Made by a program: the position numbers and the translations under genes
NCBI GenBank assembly: GCA_973851085.1
Contig: OZ316775.1
Span: 21,824,001 to 21,888,000, forward strand
Length of the DNA stretch: 64,000 nt
Direction: 5' to 3'
DNA from: Ptychomitrium polyphyllum
Taxonomy: Eukaryota
Notes under the pieces: generated by a model
Seen by the model: only the letters and a program-made list of their open reading frames with translations
The model's database searches: none
Told to the model about the DNA's origin: nothing
Shown here: positions 24,236-36,844 of the stretch, one piece after another
Layout of the letters: each line of letters opens with the position of its first letter
Position numbering within the stretch: position 1 is the first letter of the stretch

Positions 24236-27051
24236 TGTGAAGCAGCTTGAGTTACTTTGTATTATTTTTAGGGCCTGGATTCTAGACAGCCAATTGGTAC
24301 TTTGGTGATGGTGGGCGTTGAGCTACTGTGCAATTGATGGTACGATGTAGGCTAGTATTCACTGTTTTGGAGCACTTCAATCTAACCATGTTTGGCAAGT
24401 TTCTATATATATATTATAATTATAATTTTTATTTTATTTATTTATTTTAAATTTGGGGCTGAATTTTTTTTAGAAGCTTGTTTATAAGCTTTTGACTCTA
24501 GATTTTGTAGGAAGCGGGATGCAAGTCAAGTAATTACATGAGGTATGTTGATATGGACATCTATGGACTCTAGACTCCTTTGGATTTGAAGGTATCTGGA
24601 GGGATTACTCTTTATATGACATAGTTTAGAAGGAAGCTTTTTGAAATTTGTTATTAGTGTGTTTTACAATAATTTTTGTCAATTGTGTATTTAGAAAGCT
24701 TTGCCAATAATGGATCCTTATGACAATTTATAAGAGACCTTGCATGTGGAAGGCAATCAATTATCTTTTGATGGTGATGATAGAAGAATTGATGCAATTA
24801 TAAGGTCCATCCTTGGTAATTTTGTAGAGTAAAGAAAAGGTTTTGAATATTGAAACATTTGATATCCAATGTTTGTGATGAATATGGAACTATTATTAAA
24901 GTCCCTATTGTTGGATTATTTGTTGAATAGATAAAGATAAAGTCTTTATGTTAAGCAATTAGATTTTCAGTGTAGACTTATATGTGGTAGTTAATCAACA
25001 TTGGAAGAAGTACATTAGAAGTCTAGATTGTACATTCACCTTTATTGATTGAAATTTACAAAATGTATTTGATTGACTCTAATTTGTGATATTAAACATA
25101 TTAAAAATGTATGTTTATCTGAATATTATCATCTTATTGTGGCTCTGTGTGTGACTATCATAAATAATAAAGACAAGGGCTTGGAGGTCTTTGCAAAGAT
25201 GCACTAAAAATAAATTTCCTTTTGGTAGAAGGAATATCAAAAGTTTGAAGAGATGTTTTGTGAAAAGAAAGACATAGATGATTTGTCAAACAAGATGTTT
25301 TTTTACTGGTGATGATAATTATCAATTATTGGCTGCAAAAGAATTCATTAAAATTGACTACGGAAATGAAGCATTTTGATATGACAATCATAAGGAGTGG
25401 AATGCATATTGCTTGATGTATGTGACTGTTAGAAGCAGGTCTTAAATGCCATGTTCAATACAAGTATGCAAGTGTCAATCTTCATGTCATCATCAAAATT
25501 TTCTTATTTGATATATTGGCTTTATTTATATTGATTTTGAATGTAATTTTTCTTGTTTCTTATTTTGGCTACAATGATTTCAATTCCACATAATGCAAGG
25601 GAAAACTAGAATGCCCATGTAAAAATCAAATTGTTGTATACTCTTCAGTATATTGCACAATACAAATCCTACAACCTTGATAACTTCTAGGAATTACTTA
25701 TTCCAATGCAAATGAACAAATACATCTCTAATAAGAAATTGGTTGAACAAAGATGACAACAAATATTTTCATTCAATTTTTAAATATTATAATAAGTTTT
25801 TTATCAACTTCTGAATTCATGCATTTGAACAATATTCAAATTTTGTCATTCTTAAATATTTCATGTTGATACTTAAAATTTAGATTTTGTAGAAGAAGTT
25901 CTTGCAAGTTGCAAGATAAGATAATACAAACAAATTGAGAGAAGATACCATTTATAAAATAGACTGCCACTCAAAAAAATACAGTTTGTAATAACAAATT
26001 TTTTTTTGAAGAATGCAGGGTTTTACTACAATGTAAGTTTTTGAAATCAGTGGACATAATAAATTCAAAAGTATTTCTTCAGTCCTTCATTGAGGTTTAA
26101 TTATTTTTTGTAATAGTTTAATTTGGACAAATATTGATTTCAAGTTGAAGGTACACTAGCTTATATGAAAGAATACTTTTGCAAAAAGAATAAGTAACTC
26201 AAAGTTTTTAGAATCTCCTTAATTAGAACTTGATTTTGAACCATTTTTACTCAAAGATGTAGGGTGGACACAAACAAGTAGCATTTAGTTTTAACCTTGG
26301 ATTTTAATTGTTCCAACATCATTTATGTTTGATTGTTGTATATTGAACATTCATTCAGCTTGAAACTATTGCAATGAAAAAGCTATTTGGACCCTTAGAC
26401 AATGATATTAATTTAGACTTTCTAAGGTCAATGCTAGATTAAAAAAAATTCCATTTGCTATTAAAGAGCTAGAAGATCATGCAATTGGACAAGGTTAAAT
26501 TTGTATATTTTGTAGGATCTTTTCTTTTCACTTGTAGTATGATTTTTTTAAAGCATTCAAAAGGTGAGAAGTTATCAAGTTAAATCTTATATATATAATT
26601 CAAATCTTATTATCAATTGTATTAGTTATTAATGTAAAATACACTGGTTATAGTGCAAATTGGATGATGCTTGATAATATTTTGTCACTTGTTCCAAATT
26701 TGAATTTCAAAGTTAGTTTATTGTGAATTTTGAAGTTGGATAATGGACCAAAATTTACTGCCATATTTTTTTAGAAGTAAATGCAAAGATTATTTATTAT
26801 GGTATTGTCACCTATTTGATGTGTAATTTATATAGGACATGTTCAAATTTGCTATAATTTATTCACCTATTCTATAAACTCTTTGAAAGCCAATTTATTG
26901 TAAATGTATTGGTTTTTAAGGTTTTCCATGTATCTCTTTAGACCACGGTAATTTAGTTCAAATTCATTTATTTTAATTTTCAAATGTTGATCTTTAAATA
27001 TATAGAGCTCAAACTGTTGCAACACAAAAACATAATGACATTTCTTGCATA

Positions 27052-27123
27052 CTTCATATTGTAAATTAAGCCAACGTTTAAGTCCTTGATATTGTAAATT
27101 AAGCCAACGTTTAAGTCCTTCAT
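27052..27123. repeat. 33-bp tandem repeat, ~2.2 units
   Basis: CTT[C/G]ATATTGTAAATTAAGCCAACGTTTAAGTC twice; three units in the inverted copy at ~54390-54500. Confidence 0.9.
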
Positions 27124-27181
27124 CTTTATTAACCAAAAGCTTAGAATGTTTGATGATAGGTATTTGAAATAAGGTTGTTGG

Positions 27182-27739
27182 TGTCACGGACATAGATAAT
27201 GCAACATAGTCCTTAGAACATTCTAGAACCTTCTAGTATACTATAATAGCTTCTTAGAATACTTTTAGAGGTCTCCACAGTCTTTCCATGTTCTTAGGAA
27301 GCTTCCTAAGAAAGTTCCTCTACCTTAGAAAACTTCCTAGGAAGGTTCTATCATCTTAGGTAATTTCTTACGAAACTTCCTACAATGATTCCATTACCTT
27401 AGAAAACTTCCTAGGAAGATTTTATCATTTTAGGAAACTTCCAAGGAAGGTTCCAACTCCTTAGAAGCTTCTTAGGAAGGTTCCAACATCTTAGAGGACT
27501 TCTTAAGAAGGTTCCCTAGACTTCCAGAACATTCTTAAACCTTGTAGGAAGCTTCTTTAGAAATATCCTAGGAAATACAAACGTCATGGTATAAATAGGA
27601 GACAAGACAAGTTGTGGAACATCTTGAATCCTGCCTTGTTCTAGTCTTTGTGTCAAAGTTCTTGTTAATCATTAGCTCTTTGGAAGCTAATTCTTGGAAA
27701 ACACTTCGTTTCTGCTTCTTGTTTCTTGTGTCCCTAACA
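27182..27739 (+). mobile_element. Gypsy solo LTR (family A), copy 1
   Basis: TGTCACGGACATAGATAATGCAACATAG...CCCTAACA, with internal AAGCTTCCTAGGAAG-type subrepeats and TATAAATAGG; homologous to the LTRs at 11628 and 13747. Confidence 0.85.
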
Positions 27740-29390
27740 GTAAACATGTTGCTATAGTGGAGGTCCTTGAAACAATCAATTTACTTTGTGGTCAGCTAAT
27801 TTCAATAAAGGCGTTTGCATTTTAGAAATATCACATAAAGTGATACTTATAATATTATACAGTAGAATACAAAGAAGTCTTTGGAAAGGATGCAAAGGAA
27901 ATGTATGGTGTTGGCAAATGGATTTGGAATATTTGAATGGAAAGGACCTCTATAAAAAATGAAATTATAAATGTGATACATGGATACAAGGATTTGGTCA
28001 TTGTAGACCTTTTAAAATATTTGGTATTCCTTCAATTGTCAAACTTGTCAATTTTTGAATTAAATAAAAAAACTTTCAAATTTAGCCACCTCCAAGGCTT
28101 GTTTTCTTTTGCATTGTTAATTCTTTAAGACAATGGTGCTATGCATGTTTTCATTTCTAATGGCAATGGATTCAAATTTGTTAAGATTTGGAATTACTTG
28201 GAAAGTTTTTATATTTTGAAGAAATACAAGTGAACAACAATTAACCACCTTTGGTTTTGCATCAACTTGAGAGGAATTTGGAAAAAAACCACAAGTCTGT
28301 TCTTAATCCTTCTTGTATTTGCTCTATAGGATTTGCTTTTTGGCCCCCATCCAAGATTTATGGCAAGACTGGTATTGAAATCTCTCATGACAATATTAAG
28401 CACAACTTTATAATGCACAAAGTCTTAGTTTCAATATTTTATTTCTAAAAATAAAAACCTAATCTATAAAAAGATTTATATGCAAGAAAGACCTTAATTT
28501 AAGAAATGTTGTATTGAAGTTGGCTTTAGTAGCAAAGATGTTGTGGTTGATATTCTAACCTCAACCAAGGCAATTGTGCCTGCTTGTAGAAATATTGGAC
28601 GGACAAAAGGAGCTCCAAAAAAACTTTGAGAATTACAAGGCATTTTTGGAGTCAATGAAGTTGGAAAGTATATTGTTTCTTTTTATATTGGAGCAACTTA
28701 TATAACATTCCAATTTAATTCAAAACAATTTTAATGAAGTGTTTGTCAAGCGTAGTACTTCTAAATAACAAGAGTAAATAAGTCTTATTTTCATTGTCAT
28801 TCATTTTTTAAAGTATTGATGGCTTTGGTGTTATATGCAATGCCATTTTATATAAAGACATTATCTTAATGATTGTAAATATGCTTTAGAATACCATTTT
28901 TATGCTCTTTTAGCTTTGTGTCCACTCTAATGAAGCCATTTTTGATATTAGATTATAAAGAAAACATTGCTCAAGTTCAAGAACTTTGAGTGTAAATCAC
29001 ATTTTTTATTGTAAATCCTTCAATGTTTAACATTGCATTTTAGGCTTGACGTTATGTGTTTTTTGAACTTGCTTAAGAAAGATTTTCTTTTATAAGTCAT
29101 TATTACAATTTTTGCAATGATAGCCTTTGAAAGTACATCCTTATTATTCTTTCAACTAACTACTACGGATTATTATTGTAAAACAATTCAAAAATTGTCA
29201 CATTAATATAAATTTATGTCAATTTAATTTCTTCTTATTTATTTTCTTTGAAGTTATTATATTTGATTTTTTGTATGCATGTTTCTTATTCCATGATGGC
29301 TCTATATTAATGACTTTATTTATTTATTTATATATATATGTTTTTAATTTAATTTTTAATTTTTAATTTTTTTTATTTGAGCCATTCACT

Positions 29391-29507
29391 GTGAATCATT
29401 GTGAATCATTGTGTATCATTGTGAATCATTGTGTATCATTGTGAATCATTGTGAATCATTGTGAATCATTGTGAATCATTGTGAATCATTGTGAATCATT
29501 GTGAATC
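29391..29507. repeat. 10-bp minisatellite (GTG[A/T]ATCATT)x11.7, copy 1
   Basis: Directly visible. Confidence 0.95.
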
Positions 29508-32343
29508 TATAATAAGAGTTTTTTATATGTGGTTAGTAAATATTGATTTAAATGCAAGTTCTTACACATGAATTAAAAAAATTAAAAAAATATTAAGGTG
29601 TAGGTTTGTAATTAAAAAAATAAGGCAAGAGAAAAATTAGTTAAAATGAAGGAATGGAAACATGGTAATAACCACGTTTTAAGATATTTTGAATGAATCA
29701 CATCAGGTCATAGCTTAAGGAAATAGCAAACCAATTAGCTGTTCAACTTCCTTATTTACCACTCTCACAAGCAATTCCAAGCCACATGCGAGCCATGCTG
29801 TTCAATAGAATTTACAAGATTCAAACCCGGACCGGTTTCGGGGATTTGAATTTATAAATCCAACCAAATTTGTGACTTGATGTTTGATTTTGCTCAAAAG
29901 ATAGACTTTAATTTCTTTGTCTTAATTCTATTGGAATTTATTTCTTATTTACTTTATTTATTTCTTTATTTTTAGTATTCTTCTGAATTTATAAATTATT
30001 TAGACCAAAAAAGAAAAGAAAAAAACATGGTATAGAATTAGGTAGTTTTTTAATAAAATAAAGTCAAGATAAAAGGAGATGAGGGTTGAAATGGAGTGAT
30101 AAGGTTCTTAGGTGGAAGGATATGAGCTGATGTGAAGTAATGAAGGGGCAAACTTTGGCGTTTGACCTGTTGTCTTCCTTTTCTTGTGGAATTTCTTCTC
30201 TTTAATATATAACAAGCCATACTTTCAAAATCTAGTATATTTGTAATTTGGCTTTGAAATTTTAAGAAGTTGTTCTTTTCTTTGTGAGCTTTTCAAAAAA
30301 TTATTTGAAGAAGAGTTAGTATGATGATGTTGCATCTATTTGAATAAAGGAAGGCCAGCTCCCTTAGATTATCAAGAGCGATAATTTTAAAATTTTGTAG
30401 CATAATGTGTGAGTTGTTTTTGCGGTTGAGATTTTGAAGGTGTATTTTGTATAAAATGAAGAATGTTTGAGTGAAAAATTTGTGTCTTAATTTGTTTCCA
30501 ACAAGAAAATGTGAAGCGTCAAAGTTAAAGGGGTCCAAAATTCATGGTAGTGGAGAATTTGAACTTCATAGGCGTGGAACTCGGCAAGAATTGAAGCTTT
30601 GAAAGCAAAATTTTGTGAGTAAAGCTCTAATAACCTCATTAAGGTGCTGTCAAAAATTTTGTGGTCTTAAACCTCAAAAGTAGGAGTGATAGAGGAGTAT
30701 GTAGATGGTGATTAGAAGGCAAAATAGGGCAAAATTTAGAGGTTGGATTTTGTGTCTTTTAAATATTGGTAAACTAAGTTGTACAAAGAATCATTCTTTT
30801 AAATCTTGCACTTGACTACCTATATGTGAAAAGATCATATGTTTCTTGAAGAAAATTATTTCAACACAATAGCGTCTTTTATCTTTTAATTTTTAAATTT
30901 TATTATCACTTTAAAATTAAATGGAGTTATAAATTAAGAAAGAATAGGAATTGGAAAATAAATATGGATTATTTTAGTTTACATGTTTCTTAGGCACGAA
31001 GTTTAGATTCAATATTATAATAAATTTGCTTAGTTTATCCTCACTCCACTTTGTGCTGCCAAATTAACAACCATTGTCAAGGCGCTAATCACCCTTTCCA
31101 AATAAGTATTAAAGCTTATATTTTTCCACCATGTTTGAAGGAATATTATGCATTGTTGTTGACATTTCTATTGGATGGTAGCTAAAGTGTGTAACACTCA
31201 TTACTTTTGTAAAATATTGACCACTACATATTTTTTAACATGTAATCTTTTTTCTACATAAGGCACGCCAACTTTTAAAGAGACAAAAGAAGGATGGGAA
31301 AAATTCCAAAGAAGAAGGAAGACCAATAGAAAGTATATTATGTAATATTAAATTACAAAATGTCCCCAATATAAGATGTTTTTTATTTTTATTCTAAAAA
31401 AAATTCTAAATATTTTGTCAATTTTGACAATAGTACTGCAAGTCATTGCAAATAGATTGTTGTTATTAAAGAAATTTAAATATTTTCCAAATTTTTAAAA
31501 GGTTTTATGAATTCAAATAGACCCTCAAAAGTGAAGCATGCCATGTATTGAAAAAATCTTGTGAGTAATCTCAACTTGCTCCATCAAAGCCTTAGAAAGA
31601 AATATTGCATAAGAAATTTAAAGCAAGACATATACGTAGAGGGTATTATTGCAATTTATGCATGCAAATTTGCATGTGATAAATGAGCCGCTCATCAAAG
31701 AAGAGAGTAGAGGACTATATGGAAAATGGAAAGTGTTGTACATATTGAAGCCTAAATTGCAATAGGCATCACAAAAAATCACAAAGCCCTAATCTTTTGC
31801 ATAACTGTCATAACCAAGTAAACTTACTGCCTTTTGTATTTGTGAATGGATTCCTTTAACATTTTCAATTCACTTACCTTTAGTATTGAATTTGTATGGC
31901 TGCCTTGCAGATACCATTCTGTTGCAAGTTCCTTGTGTAAATTTTACAGTAATGAAATTTAAAGCTTGCAATTTATGTAGTTTGATGTGCATGATGTCAA
32001 TTTCCATTGTTGAAGTCATCTTTTGAGAACTCTCATGGATCCAACTCCACATTAGAATGTAAGAAATTTCCATGATGGTTGATGATGTGAACAAGCTTTA
32101 GAATAGTTAGTAGTAGTCTGAATGAGGGATTGATGACTTCCATTTGAAGAAGAGAAGGCCCCATCTTCATCTGAGCCGTTAATATTCTTATTCACAAAAG
32201 CAAGATCTGAATCATCCTACTTTTGAGCAGAGTGTTTAATATAGGAGCTACACTTGCCATGAATTATTTTCTTATGGATGGAGTATTACAAATACTGTAT
32301 GACTTAGGTGTAAGTAACAACAAGAGGGACGTCATAGTCATAT

Positions 32344-32744
32344 TGCCACAAACATATAGCATGCAACATAGTCTTTGAAAATCTTTGATTAACTTCTAGT
32401 AGCTTCTAGTTGCTTCAAAGAATTATTTAATAGATTCTAAATTCTTTCATTAGCTTCCATAATCTTCCACTCCCTTCAAATCTTCTTAACAAGGTTCCAT
32501 GTACCTCTAAAATATTCTATACCTTTATGAGAAGTTTTTTAAAAGTATGTTAAAAAGCATAAGCTTTATGGTATAAGTAAGAAACAAGGTGAGGTTCATC
32601 TTAGTCTTACTAATACAAGTTGTGGAGAATTGTCCATAGTATTGTCTTGTTTCTAATTCTTGTACCAATTCTTGTTATTTAATAAATCTTTGAGGCCAAT
32701 TTTTGAAACCATTGTTTACTTCTATATTGTTTATATCTCTAGTA
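32344..32744 (+). mobile_element. Diverged solo LTR (family A)
   Basis: Begins TGCCACAAACATATAGCATGCAACATAGTC, similar to the 27182 LTR start; the 3' part resembles the LTR end. End approximate. Confidence 0.65.
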
Positions 32745-33664
32745 TATAAAATCTATTATTTTTGATTGTATTGTAGTAGCAAGAATGTTTCTTTAAGAAA
32801 AAGAAAGTTTTTTTTTTGCATTTAATTAATCAAGTGTAAGAATTTTATAAATTTTTTATTATACAAACTTCAACTGTTAACAATCCAAAAATTCAAAATT
32901 TCTATTTCACATTCTCTTTCTATTGTCTTTATAAACTTGGTTTTGTTTCTCATCATATTTCTTATATCAAAGGTTTTATATTTTCAAGATTTTGACACAA
33001 TTTTTTCATTACAATCAACATATTAATAAAAGAATCTAATTACCATTGCCATGGTATTTGCCAAGAACTATGTTTTTAAAAGCCTTGCTTTCTCCTACCA
33101 TTATTTTTGAACTTCCTTCATTTTATTATTTCATAGTTCTTATACTCACACAGTTTAAGACATGAAACTTTGAGTACATATTATATGTCTTATTCCAAAT
33201 CCATTTAAAAATCTCTTTTATAAAAACCTTTCCCACTTCTTTATATTGCTCTAAATGTAAACTTTCAAATTTTGCTCTATATTATTCTATTCAACCTCGG
33301 ATTGAATTTTTGTTTATATTCTCATTTTTCAAGGTCCTAGTTTTTTTTCTTTTATTTTAGAAATCACTTATATTCTAGCCCACTCTCACCATACTCCTTC
33401 CACTTTATTTTAGCCATTTCTTTTGATTTTTTTTTCAATCAACTAATGCTATGTGATTAGTTCCACTTTATCTTTTTAAAAATCTTCTTTTGACAACTTT
33501 TTTTTAAAATTCCAGCCTTCAACATTAATTATTAGACTTTAATGATTAAAATTTATTTGATAAATTCATATTAAAAAAGAAAATATTATGAAAAGAAATT
33601 AAGAAATTAAAAAAATAAAATGGAAAGAAGAAAATGAATATAGGACATAATTTAGGTCAGCAAG

Positions 33665-34064
33665 TGTTATAAACAAAGTAACGACAAAACAAAGCTTCAA
33701 GATTTTAGGATGTGTAATAAGATATGTCCAAGGTATATCAGAAATAAAGAACTATAACAAGGTACAAAAACAAAGTCAAAAGATCTAAGCTAGACTACAA
33801 GAAATGCGTTGTTGAAATTAAAGATTTCTTTAGCCTCGACTCCTATATATACTCCTATATATACTAAAATTACAAGCCTTAGAAGATTATTGAAAAACTT
33901 CTATTGCATTGCTTTGTACTCAAACAAATTTAAATTGCTTCGTTAGAAGCTTTCTAAATTGAGGTAACTTCTTTAAAAGCTTTTTAAGTTGAGGTAATTC
34001 CCTTGGAAGCTTTCCTAATCTTCTAAGAATCTTTTTAGATGTTCCAATGTATATGTCTGCAACA
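33665..34064 (-). mobile_element. Gypsy LTR (family B), 3' LTR with purine tract
   Basis: Reverse-complement similarity to 34391-34774. Minus-strand purine tract AGAAGAAGAGGTGA lies immediately upstream (34065-34078). Confidence 0.75.
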
Positions 34065-34390
34065 TCACCTCTTCTTCTAGCTCTAAGGTTTCCAAGGAGT
34101 ATGTAGCAACAAGTGCTCATAATTATAAGAAGTAAAAAATTTGTGGCATGGTGTCTGCAATATATTCCAATTGCCTTTTACAATTCAAATGCTTCATGGA
34201 TCCTTATAACTTCTAATAATGTCCAATGCCTTCTATTTAGAACCAACATGAACTTCTGTATCTTTGTTGTGAAAGTGTCCTTTAATTATTACTTCTAGAT
34301 AATTTTTTAAGTTGGATCCATTTCAAAGACAATTACCAACAATCCACAGTTAGGTATCCTTTGATGTGTTATTAGTTCAATTTGTTCTTC

Positions 34391-35699
34391 TGTCACGGAC
34401 ATAAATATTAAAAGCATCTAAAAAGGTTCTTAAAAGGTTAAGGAAGCTTTTAAGGAAGTTACCTCGGCTCAGGAAGTTTCCATGGAAGTAACCTTGGCTA
34501 AAGAAGCTTCCAAAGAAACAACTTAAGGTTGCTTGAGTACAAAACAATGTAGTAAAAGCTTTCCAAGAAGCTTTCAAAGCTTATAGTTTTAGTTTTAATT
34601 TGAGGCTAAAAGAATCTTCAATCTCAACAACGCATCTCTTGTGGTCTAGTTTAGACCTTCTAGCCTTCTCTTTATACCTTGAGATAGCTCTTTATTTCTA
34701 ATATACCTTGGACATATCTTGTTCCACATCCTAAAATACTAAAGCCAAGTCTTGTAGTTACTCTATCCTTAATAATTTGTCGAAACCGTTATACAATAAT
34801 ATTAGATCTTGGTCTTTCTAAATAGCGAGTAAATTATCCTTCTTTCTTAAACATTCCACAGCATTCTAGAGGTTGCGGATTACCATCCTATGGACTGATA
34901 TTGCCACTTGAATTTTCTTTGGTTTCTTGCGTATTTAACAGTTTTTATCTGTTTCCATTTCATTTCTATGTCAGGAGGTGAATAAGTCAATATTATTGAT
35001 TTAAAAGAAGCCATATTAGATTCCATTATCAATGCCCTTGAAGCATTGAAGATCAAGACCAAAACTTTATCCAAACAAAATGAAGAACTATATTTGACCA
35101 TACATAATGGTCAAGGAGCAGAAATATTGCAGTTGCTATTCCAAATCAACTTAGGTGCTTCATTGTCTTGATCTGATTTTGTAAATGATGGACAAGTTTA
35201 AGCCGGGAATTCAATGTCAACAATCAAAGAACCAAGAATCAGCCTCCAAAGAAGTTCAATGGTAGGCGTTCAAAATTTCAAGGCTTTGTGAAACAAGTTC
35301 AATTCATTATCTTGTTTCAACATCAACGGTATTCTACAGACACTTCACGTGTTGATTTGGTAGAAACATTGTTCTTAAGACAAGCATTGTCTTGGTTTGT
35401 ACCACTTTTTGAGAAGAATTCTTCCATACTTAGCAACTTTGATGTGTTCTTAGGTGCATTTGCAGAAGCATTTGGTGACCATGACAAGTTCTGTTTTGCA
35501 ACTACTAAGGTTTATACCTTGCGCTAAAGGCCATGTTCTATGTCAACTTATACATCAAAATTTTGACAACTTGCATGCAACATCAACTTGAAAAAAGAAG
35601 TGTTTGATGAGTCAATTTCATTAGGGCCCACGCAACAAGGTGAAGGATTTATTGCAATCTATGCCAGACCTCCAAACACTTGATAACGCCATTAGTTTA
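34391..35699 (+). mobile_element. Truncated gypsy element: 5' LTR (34391-~34774), leader and gag pseudogene
   Basis: LTR starts TGTCACGGACATAA. The gag-like translation KEPRISL...RQALSWFVPLFEKNSSILSNFDVFLGAFAEAFGDHDK...YTSKF*QLAC...VKDLL (~35225-35695) is typical of Retrotrans_gag. Confidence 0.85.
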
Positions 35700-36844
35700 T
35701 GTCGAGTACCTCTCCTTGAGGAGTGCCCACAACACTAAGGGCACAAGGGGGACCCCGGAGTGACGTCCGGGACTTGTGACGCCAATAGTGAGAAAAACCA
35801 AGTGGGCCTAGCGTGGGAAGGATTCCTAGGGGGAGAAACATCTTTGCCCATGTAGACCGAGGGCCACGAAAGATAAATCATAGGCATTGGAGGATTCATA
35901 AAGAGCTGATTTTAGAATGCTAAAGATTGCTTAAATCGGACAAGGGAACTAAAAGATATGGCATCCCAAAGTTGAGGTTGCCAAGGAGCTGTTCTGGACT
36001 GTGGCAGCCCTACACAGTGGTTGTACTGGACTGGGACAGTCCAAGAAGGGACTCCCCAAGAGTCCCAAACCTTGGGAGAGGCATATCTCCTAGGGTGTTA
36101 TCTCAAATTGGCCATTTGAGGAGTCTATCGGTATCTACGCAAAGAGTAGACGACAATAGAGTGGTTGCTTGATACATTCGGGCACCAAATGTAGAAGATA
36201 TGGCTCCCTGAAGGTCCGCAGGGAATTCCGGAGGCTTTCAGCGGCTAAGTCCTAAGGGAGATCGGGTGGTCTTCCAAAACTTTGAGTGTGTCGGGGTTCA
36301 GCCAGCTACAGAGGGCCAGGGGGCCTGCCAAATCCCACAGAGAGTACTATAGGGGAGAACTAATCCCCCTCTCCACTTCCTTAGTGTCTCGGTAGGAACC
36401 AAGGGTGAGTCCCAGTTGGTGGAGCTAGTGTTGGGGCTTCACCACGGGGACTTCCACACCATTGTGAGCCGGAAGATGGCCGGTTTCACGGAGGGAACTA
36501 GCACGTGTAAAAAGGTACGCTTATTACCACTAAGTTGGGGTGGTGTCTTCACGTCAGCACCATGATGGCCCAAGGTGATTTTAGGATCGCATGGAGATCA
36601 TGAATGGTGGTGAGAAGACACCACTAAGTGCGGTTAGGCCGTGTGGAATGGGAGTAACACCAAGTGAGGCCTTGGACATGAATGGAAGTCCGCACCTAAT
36701 CATTAGCTATCAATCAATTGGGTGTCCTAAGAGAAATGGTAGAGGGACTTGGAGAGTGAGAATGGGGGTTAATCATGTGCATGTGGGGGTGTACAAGGTT
36801 AACGTGCGTGACGCTAGCTAAGGTGCATTACAAGGATTGCGACA
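35700..36844. mobile_element. 1.15-kb LTR-like element of a third family abutting the truncated gag
   Basis: GC-richer block bounded by TGTCG...CGACA inverted termini; it starts exactly where gag homology stops. No clear target-site duplication. Confidence 0.65.

Larger units (their letters stand above)
25019..28602 (+). pseudogene. Fossil ParB/Srx-like plus N4/N6 DNA methyltransferase-like gene, interrupted by a solo LTR, copy 1
   Basis: KMFF/GDDNYQLLA (25308-25334) is DGNHRL-like. DLVIVDLL (27991) sits at the motif IV position, followed by FSFALLIL*DNGAMHVF and QERP*FKKCCIE...KDVVVDILTSTKAIVPACRNIGR (~28480-28602), which is SAM-binding motif I-like. Most stops are explicable by C-to-T/G-to-A changes. 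Confidence 0.6.
15008..29808 (+). repeat. Segmental direct duplication, copy 1 (~14.8 kb)
   Basis: Essentially identical to 39534-54333 at offset 24,526; every ORF in the track recurs at that offset. Confidence 0.97.

Noticed and set aside
26867..27193. 108-aa minus-strand ORF with a GLKRWLNLQY repeat
   Set aside because: Starts inside the LTR, is driven by a 33-bp tandem repeat, and is antisense to the fossil gene.
29391..29507. CRISPR-like or telomeric array
   Set aside because: Head-to-tail 10-mers with no spacers; not TTTAGGG.
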